Of a DNA stretch of 64,000 nucleotides, positions 13,901 to 25,479 are shown piece by piece. Numbering within the stretch: position 1 is the stretch's first letter; each line of letters begins with the position of its first letter. Made by a program: the position numbers and the translations under genes. Origin of the DNA: Psilocybe cubensis (Eukaryota); contig CM039001.1 of the NCBI GenBank assembly GCA_017499595.2, positions 4,030,001 to 4,094,000 on the forward strand, read 5' to 3'. A model generated the notes under the pieces. The model worked only from the letters and a program-made list of their open reading frames with translations. It had not been told where the DNA came from and made no database searches.

Positions 13901-15701
13901 CTAGAGTTGAGGACTGTCAAGAAATGAATATGTCAGCATATCAAATCATGCTCTAGAACAACGGTCACGAACATCTGGGGGACGGTGGTCGGTGGGCCGG
14001 GCTGGGTCCTGAGGTTGGGGAAGGTAGCGGTGGCACACTGTCAATATTCAACAATCAGCGCTTCCCTCCTACCATGATATTTCTCAAAAGGGACACTCAC
14101 AGCTTGCTCGATATCCTTGATGGTCTTGCCAGGGGGGAAAGTAGCAGGGCCTCCAGTGAATGGAATAGCCTTGGGGATAACCTCAGAGCAGTCGATCATC
14201 TGGGACACATTTAGCACTGAGAGAATTGAAATAGGTATGTCTATTTCATACCTTGCGTGGGTCCTGGCCCAAAAGGGAAAGCTTGAAGACGGCATCACCG
14301 AATGCCTTTGCCATCTTGGCTTGGTTGTCTGTCAAAAAACTTTGGTTAGAACTAGCTTCACATTTAATAAAACGCCGATACTCACTGACGAAGGATTGCC
14401 ATTCACAGTTAGTAGCAGGGTCACGAGCGAGCTAAATCACCAAATCTCAGAGGACGGTCCACAAGAACAGGGCGATAACAGACGTACCAAGTGGTCGGAT
14501 TGGAGACGAACGGTTCCCGGCACAGCGGTTTCAACTTCACCCTCTGTGGTTCCATTTCTATATTTAAGTGTAAGCGTGCATCAACAACCTATGTTTGGGA
14601 CTGTAATACACACCCAGGGAACATTGTTCCGCGAAGCTGAACATCGACGAAAATTTGAGCTAGATAAATCCTTCATCAGCAACAATTCCCCCCCCGTCAA
14701 AAGATCATATCCAGGGGTATGGCACTCACTATCGAAAACATCAGGGGTCTGATCGAAAGGAACACTAAAATATGATGCGTCAGCAAATCTACGAACCTAT
14801 CCGCAATGAATATTGACGTACCCCTCCAAGTTCGGTACAATGTCATCAGCACCAGCAACACTGTGCGAGCCACCGACAACAGCGACAACCTCAGCTGGAG
14901 AGAAGCCGACCTCCTTGAAGCGTTGGAGGATCTTGGGGATGCTGTCGAAGGGCTCTGGGACAAGGTCGGGTGGGGATGCAGCCTTGGGTGGTGCACGACC
15001 GAGAAGGAATGGGATGCGGGGTGCACCGTTGCACTGGACGAGACTGACTGCACCCGCGAGCTGGATACTAAATGTGTTTTTCAGTACACCAGGTTGATTC
15101 AGGGCGGGAAAATAAATTAAAGCTTACAAGTCTCCGGGGGTGACCTTGTCGGAGTGCTTGATGAGGAATGGGCCAAGGGCGTCGAGGACGTCGTCGATAC
15201 CAGTGTTGGCATGGAAGGTCAATTCGGTCTCATTGAAGACAGCGATCGATCCGTCAGCGCCTCCACCACTACAAATGACGTTTTAAGTATCAAAGTGATA
15301 TAAACCAGATTTTATCGACACTTACCCAAGAGTGGGGGAGATGCCAATGGCGTCGTGGAAGACAAGACGCAAAGCACCATGTGCCTATTGGATAAGGGAT
15401 GATAGTCAGCATAATGATGGCGCATCAACGCGTAGAATGCAGAAAACGTACGCCATCACCACACTCGTTCTCAAAGAGGTTTTCGGTGATATCCTTGACA
15501 ACCGGGAAGAGGTTGCAGCAGGCTGCGTTAGTGGCAGTATGGATACCATCTGGGCACAGCGCTCGCTTGGTCCTTAAACCTACAAATCGCGACGCGTTAA
15601 GAATGGGTAGACAATGAAAGTGTACTTTGGGATCTTATGGACGTACCAGCAACCAAGGGGAGAGCCATAACCAGGGCGGCGAGAGCGTTCTTGAAAGCCA
15701 T
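13901..15701 (-). CDS. mnp: Secreted class II heme peroxidase (AA2), short manganese peroxidase of MnP-DGD type; about 12 introns
   Basis: Spliced protein: MAFKNALAALVMALPLVAGLRTKR, CPDG...AACC, ECGDGAHGALRLVFHDAIG (distal R/H), GGGADGS, EVVAVVGGSHSVAGADD (proximal H, no catalytic Trp), PFDQTP, RLQSD, IDCSEVIP, short tail ending IPQL*; 8 Cys. Confidence 0.95.
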
Positions 15702-16687
15702 ACTTGGAGAATCTGCTAGAGAGGAAGATTTCCTTGTCTTTATCACCAACAATCCAGTCACCTCTTATACATTTTTCAACGAGGTAGATTGTCCATTTTT
15801 AATCCATTTACATGTAGAAGTGTTGCTCGAGAGCAACACAAGGGAGCAATACGTCTCGCCAGCTAATGTCTACCAGAATAATGGATACCTTCAAGTTATC
15901 CTAACCTTTGGGTCCTCTATCTCTCGCGTCGATGTATTTTTGGGTCGTGCTAAAATTACCTCGCGCGTTTTGGTCTATTTATGAAGCGACAGTACATTTT
16001 GATAACAAAATCTACATATATTCGCTCACGCGAAGCGCTGTTCGATTGAGAAATTCACGTCCATCCATCTACCACACGAAATTCGGTGCGACAGGAAAAC
16101 CCAATATTGTGGTACTCTCACTAGCAATAGCAAAAAATTTTATGTTCATAGGTTTAGTTTAATTGCAGTTTTCCGGTAGGAACTTGAACTTGGTCCTATA
16201 GTATTTCTTTTGCAGGTCCTTGAAAATGACATAGTCTAAAAGCATTGCACAAACCTGTATATTAGTAGAAGCGGTGATTGCAAGGTGATTACGACGTACC
16301 GTCGGCGCTTGATCTGTCACTCAAGTTTTGTTTCCAAATCAGCGAGCGCGGTGTGTTGGCGGTGGGGAATAAGTCTCATGCATTTCACTCATCACGCTCT
16401 CGGGTAAAAGTGATTCACGAACGTGATGTTGATTGCCGACAATCTACCTCACACGTCCTCGACCCAACCATGACCTCGGTTCATAAAAAAATCAGCATTA
16501 CCCACCTACCAGGATTGGGATATGCATCAAACACCTGTGCGACTCGGCGAAGTACCACCATAGATGTTTTACCGACAAGATTTTTGCTTACTGTGAGATT
16601 TGCTGTCCGTGAGTGTTCTAGTCTTCAAAATGGTCGATGTGCGTTGGGACTCGAAGCCGCCTCCCAAGGTCGTCCAGAGTCCCCACC

Positions 16688-17681
16688 ATGGCCCTTCCCA
16701 ACGGATACCCAACTTCCTCAATCCAAGCCTTTGCCCAATCATTCTCGATGATCATAGTGTCGGAAATAGGCGACAAAACGTTCCTTATTGCTGCCATACT
16801 CGCTATGCGGCATCTCCGTTTGGCGGTCTTTCTGGGGGCATTTCTCTCGCTTTTTTTGATGTCTTTCTTGTCCGCCTCACTGGGTCAAATTCTTCCTGCA
16901 TTAATTCCTCGTGGATGGACCCAATGGTGCGCATCAGCACTTTTTCTCATATTTGGGATGAAGATGTGGAATGAGGCGAAGGAGATGGAATCAGGAACAG
17001 GAAAGATTGAGGAGGAGATGAGAGAGGCTGAGGAAGACATTGAAGGAGATCAGTGGAAACATGAATCGCGTCGAGGAGACTTAGGAAATCAACGCACGGG
17101 GAGCTACCCACCAGAAAGCATGGAAAAGCATGGGCGAAAGCAAGGATCGAACAGTGGATTGTCCACAAGCAAAATGCGAGCGAAGACTTCCTGGATGGAT
17201 GAGACACGCAGCGTTTGCAGTCTACTTTTCGGACCAGTCTTTGTCCAGGCGTTTGTTCTCACTTTCCTTGCAGAATGGGGAGATAGAAGTCAAATTGCTA
17301 CCATAATTCTCGGAGCCGCGCACGTCCGTATTCCCGTCTGTTTGTTGCTTTCTACATGCCGGTACTGACCTACATCGATAGAATATATATCTGGTGACAG
17401 CCGGAACGGTACTTGGACATTCATGTTGCACTGCTCTCGCTGTGGTGGGAGGTAGATATATCTCAACAAAAATATCGGTTAAACACGGTGTGTATCTTCG
17501 CATCTACCGACTTATTAATTCCAGGAGCAAACTGATTTCCTTTCATCAAGTGACATATGGTGGTTCAGCGTTGTTCATTCTTTTTGGGTTAGTATACTTG
17601 TACGAGGGCTTCGCTCTGTCTGCGTCTGACAGCTTCAACCTCGATATGACGATCCCCATCCCAGTGGACATGAATATATGA
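16688..17681 (+). CDS. GDT1: GDT1/TMEM165 (UPF0016) Ca2+/Mn2+ transporter; two introns
   Basis: Both family motifs are present (SEIGDKTF and AEWGDRSQ), with an acidic central loop and C-terminal GTVLGHSCCTALAVVGG...ISVKH. Confidence 0.93.
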
Positions 17682-18251
17682 GAAGAGGGCATAGGACTAC
17701 ATCGTATTATATTGCAGTCGTATCAAGATCCATAAACATGAAATATTTTGTAAGACCAATCGTATCAAAAATGTTACCTTGAAAGTCTGTTCAAATGTTG
17801 AAATATAATTAGCTCCCCGGCTGCTCCATGATATGTATCGAGTGTGTGATCCCGGACTCGGACCGACACTTGCGCGAATGCCGTGTATACAAGCGTGTAC
17901 AATTAATAGAAGAATTTCTCTGGCCCCGGCATAGAACGAGTCCTCGATCATGGAATCACTTCTCTGGGTCTCGGAGCGGAGTAAAACACATAACGACCGA
18001 CACCGAAGGAAGGGGTACGGGATTGACAGTGTGACTTGTCGACATTAGGCAACATTGTGTCGCAACCTAAGTAGTGGTTATCCTCACGATCGTGGTGTAT
18101 CTTGAGAAATATGTCATTTGATAGGAATAAAAATGAGATTGATGGACTTGTTCTATAATTGTGCATACCCAATGGCCTTTTTTGACGAGCAAACATATAG
18201 CTAAGTACACATGTGATTTCATTTGTCTCTCAGACAGGCTCAATAAAATTA

Positions 18252-19591
18252 TCAGCAAGCCGAGTTCGTCTGGGTAAGTAAGGCTAATCGCCAGGGAATT
18301 GAGTTGTAATCGCTATAATTTCCGGGTACGTCTCCTTGATATAGGTACTGTAGGTTGCACGGGTCGATGGTCAATGTTTGGTCGTGGCTGGCTCGAATCA
18401 TCTCTCCGTGACTGATGTCCTGTGTCCAACCTGGCGTCTCTTTAAAAACAACGTTGCTAGCACGAGCGAAAGGATTAGCCTCGGTGTCAGCGAGAGGTGT
18501 CCAAGTTCCAGCAAGGTCAGTCGCTGTCCAAGATCGAAAGTATCTGTGTCCATCACTTCCTATCGCCTCGACAAGGAGAAGATATCCGGTACCGAAATTG
18601 TAAACGTTCGAAGCCTCGTACAGTGCAAATTTATTGGGATCATTCATTGCGATGACAGGCTCTCCCATACCATTGGGGAAATTAGATATGGACGTTTGGG
18701 CGCGGTAGAGGTTGCCATTGTCGTCGGACGAGAACAGATGGCAGTTGTCGGCATCACAGATGACCCACATGTCAAGCCATCCGCCATTTGGACCCCAATT
18801 GTTTGTCACAGTGGCCGGTACGTCAGTGAAGAAGTTCTGTACGGCGCTCCATCCTGCCGGGTTCCCAATGTCCGGGTTGGTAGAATATCCGGAATTGCCG
18901 TCCTGGAAGATGAGATACCATAAATTTTGAGGCTCAAAGAAAAATATCTCTGGTGCAGCACGATATCCTGCTCCTATCGGCGAGTCAACGAGATAGAACT
19001 GGTCTGCAAGATGGGCCTTGGAGAAATCGGTGAAATTGAGATAAACCATGTTATATCCAGTCGTGGAAGATACGATGCTTGTGAAGACGTGCCAGACCCC
19101 ATTATAGTTTACGATGGAGGGGTCCTTGATACTGACGACGGCGCGAGAATCATTTTTGGGAGAAATCAGAACATCGCTTGATGACCAGTTGAAGCTGCTC
19201 GGTAAACCTTTCTTGTGTTTGGGTCCAGGAATGCATTGAGAGTACTCATCTAGCGTGTTTCAGTCTTAGCGGTTGATATTGTCATATAGCGAAGACGCAA
19301 TTACCGCTTTGGCGTACACATGTGCCCGCTAAACATTTGGTTGGACCTCTGGTAAAACATTGATATATGAGAAAATAGCAGTAATCAACAAGTCAGAGGC
19401 ATACGTATAATTAATCTTCAGTTATACGACATTGTGTCAATATCCCATCAGTTCAAAAAAGGCTAAAATCGTACACCACCACATTGACCAAAAGGTGGAA
19501 CGTCAACACTGCGATCAACTGGGTGGTCTTCGCCGTTCACGCAGGAGAGAAATGATACGGCAGCGATAGTCAACGCTTGAGTGATTCTCAT
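18252..19591 (-). CDS. CBM1-GH62 alpha-L-arabinofuranosidase, copy A (no Ser/Thr linker)
   Basis: Signal peptide MRITQALTIAAV; spliced CBM1 QCGG|INYT|GPTKC...C|DEYSQCIPG; GH62 motifs KDPS, LDMWVICD, FSSDDNG, YEASNVY, EAIG, DISHGEMIR. Confidence 0.93.
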
Positions 19592-20449
19592 CGTTACTTA
19601 GTCGACCACCTAGTTGACCTAAGGGCTAATTTATACATGGCCTACGGGGATTTGTCGCATAATTCTCTGGGCCTCCAGCGGACATCTATCAAAGAAGACA
19701 ACAGAACGAGGTGCACTTCCGCGCGTTGCTAGTGTATTAGAACAGGTGATCATTCAACTATGCACCCGTTACATAGTAGAGAGTGCCAGTAGGAGACACC
19801 TTTGAGCTCGTGAAGACAGACTGTCCTTACTTTGGATAATGTATGTCTATTCATACTGATACCTTTTCACTGAAATATAACTAAAACCCCGAAGCTCAGA
19901 AGTGAGTCGAACTTCGAAGCACGGAAATGATGACATAGAAGTTCTATCACGGACGTTTAACATCAGAGATTCGAAGGTCATGAGGCATAAGAAATTCCTA
20001 AATGAAATCAGAGGATCGACAGACCTGTGATGAGTTCCGATATTAGAGGATGTGCGTAATTCTGTTCTATCGAGACGTACACGTACTTACTGACAAACAA
20101 TTGCCCTAGTGGCATCGCAGAAGAACCCGGATAGTCACTAACAGCAAATTTAAATTTGAAAGACCAATTACAAGACGAAAAGTAAGCCAGACATTTTTGT
20201 TTTTGTCGAAATAAAGAACTCTACCTGGACGAGTGCTACTCAAATTTCATTCGAATACAAATGAACCACACTAGTAAACATCATATATTTATCAGAGCGG
20301 CACCGCTCACATTAAATTTAACGATACGATCGGACTATAGGTACCGTTCTGTAAACTTAGTACTTAAGAAATGGTTATTGAAATCGAAAAGATGTCTTTA
20401 TTTCAATACAACTACATGTACCGTGATTTAGTATTACTTTAATACGTCA

Positions 20450-21824
20450 TCAGCATGCAGAGTTGGTCTGTGTGAGCAATGCCAAACGCCACGGGATCGA
20501 GTTATAATCACTGTAGCTTCCAGGTGCGTCTCCTTGGTAGAGGTACTTCAAGTTGCATGGGTCGATGGTCAACGTCTGGTCGTGGCCAGAACGAATCATC
20601 TCTCCGTGACTGATGTCCTGCGTCCAGCCCGGGTTCTCTGGGAAAACGACGTTGGTGGAACGCGCGAAGGGGTTGGATTCGGTGTCGGCGAGTTCGGCCC
20701 ATGTACCCGTAAGGCTGCTGGAGGTCCATGAGCGGAAGTATCTGTGTCCGTCGCTGCCGATCGCCTCGACGATGAGAAGGTATCCACTGCCGTAGTTGTA
20801 CACGTTCGAGGCCTCGAACAAGGCATAGATGTTGCTAGGGCTGCTCATTGCGATGACGGGTTGGCCGAATCCGTGGGGGAAGTTAGAGAGGGAGGTTTCG
20901 GCGCGGTAGAGGTGGCCGTTATCGTCTGAAGAGAAGAGGTGGCAGTTGGCACTATCGCAAATGACCCACATGTCTACCCAGTTTCCGCTGCCGATGTTGC
21001 TTGATATGATGGACGGGGTGCTGCTGTAGAAGTTTTGAACGGCACTCCATCCAGCTGGGTTACTGATATTGGGGTTGGTAGAATATCCGACGTTGCCGTC
21101 CTGGAAGACGAGGTACCACAAGTTTTGCGGAGCAAAGAAGAAAATCTGTGGTGCAGCACGGTATCCAGATCCGATGGCAGAGTTTTGGAGGTAGAATTGG
21201 TTTGCATTGTGTGCTTGCGAGAAGTCGGTAAAGTTGAGGTAGACAATGCTGTAGCCTCCCGAGGTAACTATACTGGCGAAGACGTGATAGACGCCGTTGT
21301 AGTTAACGATAGAGGGATCCTTTATGGCGAGAACATTGTGTGAGTCGACCTTTGGTGAAATTAAGGCGTCGCTCGAGGACCATTTGAAGCTAGTTGGCAA
21401 TTTTCCCGTTCCCGTTGAGGTTGGGGCGCTGGATTTGGTAGTAGTTGTTCCGCCTGCAGCAGTAGTACTGGATGCCGTGCCCGGAATGCATTGGGAGTAG
21501 TAGGCTGTCATGAAAGGTTTAGTAAGCAGGAGGGATGCTGGTTCACAATGTAACACGCACGGTTACTGTATGTACAGACACCCTGAGAGCACACTGTCGA
21601 CCCGCTACGTATGGATATTTTAGTTTTGATCTTGCCGTTATAAAAATCATTATTCGAAAACGTACGTGTAGCCTGTCTAAAATAATTGTGGTGTTAGTTA
21701 GTACATATCTGTGAGACGAAAAAATAATTCTTACTCCACCACATTGACCATAGAGTGGAACATCAGCAGCGACAGCTGTGAAGGATGCTGTCGCGACGAT
21801 CGCAAGAAGTTGAGTGAATTTCAT
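20450..21824 (-). CDS. CBM1-linker-GH62 alpha-L-arabinofuranosidase, copy B
   Basis: MKFTQLLAIVAT; LYGQCGG|TGYT|GSTVC...|AYYSQCIPG; Thr/Ser linker; KDPS, VDMWVICD, FEASNVY, DISHGEMIR; ends TQTNSAC like copy A. Confidence 0.95.
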
Positions 21825-22708
21825 TTTGTGGACAACTACGATTTACCTCACCTCAGAGCCATTTTATAGACGATGAACGGGGATTTGTCGTTGGATTTGT
21901 GGGTCTGCAACGGAGGAAGGAGTATGGCACTGTCATGAGAAGTCAGATGAATACAGCGCTTACCTGGAGCATTTTTCGGGGATTAGAAGCAGGTGATCCT
22001 CTATGTGCACCCGTTACATGCACATTGACATTCGACGATGTTTAGCAGGTGACGCGGACCAGAAAAAAGTGCATTAACCACATCCTCGACGTATCAAAAG
22101 CATAGATTCATACCGTAAGAATATTTCTGGTCGTACTGAGCTCAAGCGCGCCTCCAGTCCATCCTTTGAGTGATAGCATAGGGGTGAAAGAGAGAATACG
22201 TTGGAGAAGGCGATCGGCCGCCGGTGATTCAGGTGATATGAAAACAATCTATTTTTGATCTCTTGAAGGAAAATAGAACATCTTCAAAAAGCAAAAGAAG
22301 GTCGCCAATGCTGGAATAACTTCGCGAATGAGTGTTTGAGTTGGCAAACCGGGTCGATGGGCCGAAAGCAAGAGGCGGTAGGCGGAATTGTAAGCCGGAT
22401 GTGTGAGCGCGTTCGTCATGCAGAGAGCTCCAAGTGTAGATTTGATGTCCATACTAATTGAATAGAGCGGAAAAACCTGTATCAACTGTGAATGTGGGCA
22501 TGACGATGCAAAACCGTGTCAGCCTAGGCTCGTTCGTACACAAGCCTTTTCTGACTCAGCATAATTCGGGCTCCGCTCTGTTAAATTTAAAACTACCATT
22601 CTTTGTTTGGCAGTTCCGCTTTGTCACGACTCACGTCGGACTTACAAGAAATTCGTACAAGTACGTCACCTGGCAACTACGCAACATTGATCAGCTTGGG
22701 CCATATGC

Positions 22709-23539
22709 TACGGTGTTCGAGAACCGCGAGCTCTACGATTCTCAATCTCATTCATCAATCTCCGATTTACATGTGACTATCACAGATCACATGTGCGTGC
22801 AGCCTTTGCACTGAGTCTAGCGCGCCAATTTTTGACTCTCGTTAGACTCACAAAGCGTGGTAGACAAGAAAGGGGGCGATGCATCGAGCGCTTAATGTTT
22901 GAAATAAAATCTGTATAGAGGGGAAAACTGCTTAGAAGAGTTCAGAACTCACCTTCAGAAAATAATCCCAAAGTGGCTGTACCGATGCCGGGACGGCAAT
23001 AACGAAGCTACACGGTCTGGCTTCGGAAAGCGCCGACCTGGGATCTCAATGCCGAAGCAATTGTAGGAAAACCTAGATAAAATGTAAGTGCGTACCGCTT
23101 GAGAAGATGGACAGGATGAGCCGACAACGAAAGAGGAGAGCTTCCTACGCTACAGCGTACAGAGGCGCAGATGAACGTCGGAGCTTACTAAGAAAACAAT
23201 ACCCTTATGTGGCTACGTTGCCGGGACGGCAAACACCGCGGTTTGCCGTCCCAGCAACCGTACAGTCACTCTTTGTTGTTGTCTCGGTGAGCTCAAGGTG
23301 AATTCTGAGCTCTCCTATGCAGTTTTTTCCTCGATACATCTTTTATTGCAATTATTAAGCGCTCGATGCATCTCCCACCTTTTTTTATGGCTCTTGGATA
23401 GTCTAACGAGAGTCGATAAGTGGCGCTCCAGGCTCAGTGCAAAGGCTGCAAGCACATGTGATCTGTGATAGTCACATGTAACTCGGAGTTTGATGATTGA
23501 GAATGAGAATCGTAGAGCTCGCGGTTCTCGAACACCGTA
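22709..23539. repeat. Foldback/inverted repeat with ~245-bp arms (22709-22955 and 23295-23539); probable non-autonomous TIR element
   Basis: TACGGTGTTCGAGAACCGCGAGCTCTACGATTCTCA...TACATGTGACTATCACAGATCACATGTGC...GATGCATCGAGCGCTTAAT...TCACCTT is mirrored with mismatches by the right arm. No convincing TSD found. Confidence 0.85.
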
Positions 23540-23704
23540 ATATGCTGACATTGTACAACCAACTAACCCAGGTTACAGTTGTCTCTACAAAAGTTTCTAT
23601 ATCATATTTACAATTCTCCCGGCACCGCCATCTATATCGAGTCAATATTTCTTTACTTACGCGTGATTCAACCGTCCACATTTTATCCCTGAATTTGCAT
23701 CATT

Positions 23705-25479
23705 ATGCAAGTATTGCAAGCAACAAACGTCCTTTCGACTTTTTCACCAGAACTAATACAGGTCATTAGTGAAAAGGTATGTTTTATCCACTTATTCTGA
23801 TTAGTGAATAGGGTATAACCTCGGTTCATGTATCAGATGGAACTTGCAGACGTAAAGCAGCTTCGTCTGACTTGTACAAATATGGCAGAGATTCTACAGC
23901 CGCGAGTTTTCAGGAAGATTCGGTTGAATGTGAACGGAAACAATATTCACCAAGGAGTTGAGAAACTCGAGAGTTTAGCGAGGTTAAATCACCCTGGACG
24001 TCGCTTTACTAGAGAACTCACGATCTGGACTCTGTCTCCTGAATACAAGCAGTCTTTCAATCCGTTCAAATTCCGGAAGACGACCAACTCCGTCAATCAA
24101 CATCCGAATAGTCCTCTCGAAATAAAAACCGCCAAGGACAAAGTCCATTCCCACCTGTACGATGCAATTACCTCTTTGCGTGCAGTTCATACTGTAACGT
24201 GAGTACATAGTCAACCTGTTCAATAACATTCTTACACTATTATCTCAAAGGTGGGGTCCTAATGCACAAGACGGCCAAAACGTCTACCATATTGTGATGA
24301 ACGCTCTCAAGGAACTTCCAGTTTTGAGACGAATTCGACTTCATGTTAACGATTTTGACATTCCCCTCCAACTGGATTCACTAAGCACTTTATCAGAGCT
24401 AGCAGTATATACACATAGGTGCTCATCAACGCGCCTAAGTGCAATAGTGGACAATGTCGCTAAGGCGGTAGTTCGTAACCCTGAACTTACCTCTATCGAA
24501 CTTGTCCTCAATCCTGACGGAATACCAAATGACTCAGGACTTCCTCAAAGCTTCAGCGAGCTTCTCAAACATCAAACAACTACCATGGAACCTCTTCGTC
24601 TTCGCCATATCAAATTGACGTCATGTCTTTTACTACTTGACAAGATTTGCGCACCTCACCTCACCCATTTAACCTCACTAACCCTGTTCAAAGTAGACCC
24701 CGTCGGCCTTTGGGAATCATTCATTGCCGCCGGAATACACCTTACAGAAATCTCCATCGATGGCGTAACTCACGCTTTTCTGAAATATCTCTCAACATAT
24801 GTAGGCCTGAAAGAGTTACTTTTGAAACCAAATAATTTCACAACCGACGCTTCCAGTGATGCCATGGCGGAGCAATTCTACACAGGATCGTACCTGGAAA
24901 ACCATTTTCAGTCATTGGAGGAATTTGAAGTTGATCCCCCATATGAAGGGCTGTGGTGCTATGGCTCTCACAATCATGACAACATCTCGAAGCTCGGTAA
25001 ACTACGGCGATTGGCGATGAGTATCAGGTATATTGATGTGGCTAGCAACGGTCGAACTCAGACGTCTACTACTGATTTAAATCCTGTGGTGAGTAATTAA
25101 CTTTGAGCTACGCCATACTTACAACCTCTCATAAATTCCTTCTCAGGGTCGGATTGTGAATATGGCGATTCACTGTATGCCAGATGTTGAAATTATCGAG
25201 TTGGATTCGTCTACTCCCAATATTGGCCGCGGGCCATGCTGTGGAACGGGAATGTTCGAACACCGCAAATTAGTCTGCAAGAAAATCGTGGAATGTGCCG
25301 AGGAATACATTGCCCCATCGTCATGCACACGTATTCCGTCCTTGAGAATTGGCTCATGGGGAAAATTAGTGCTCATTGGAAAGAGAAAGTCTTCCGGTGG
25401 GGAGGAAAACTCTGATTCGACAGCGTTAGGGTATGTTAACGTGACTCCGAAGGATCGGTTCAACATTCTACAATTTTGA
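23705..25479 (+). CDS. F-box/LRR-like protein, four exons
   Basis: Exon 1 LSTFSPELIQVISEK joins MELADVKQLRLTCTNMAEILQPRVFRKIRL (F-box-like), followed by Leu-rich segments (LPVLRRIRL, LTHLTSLTL, LKELLL, LRRLAM); canonical introns. Confidence 0.75.

Noticed and set aside
14820..14900. Versatile or lignin peroxidase assignment
   Set aside because: The catalytic Trp position is Ala in both peroxidases.
14117..15120. Plus-strand ORFs over the first peroxidase (similar ones occur over the GH62 genes and the second MnP)
   Set aside because: Antisense frames resulting from codon bias.
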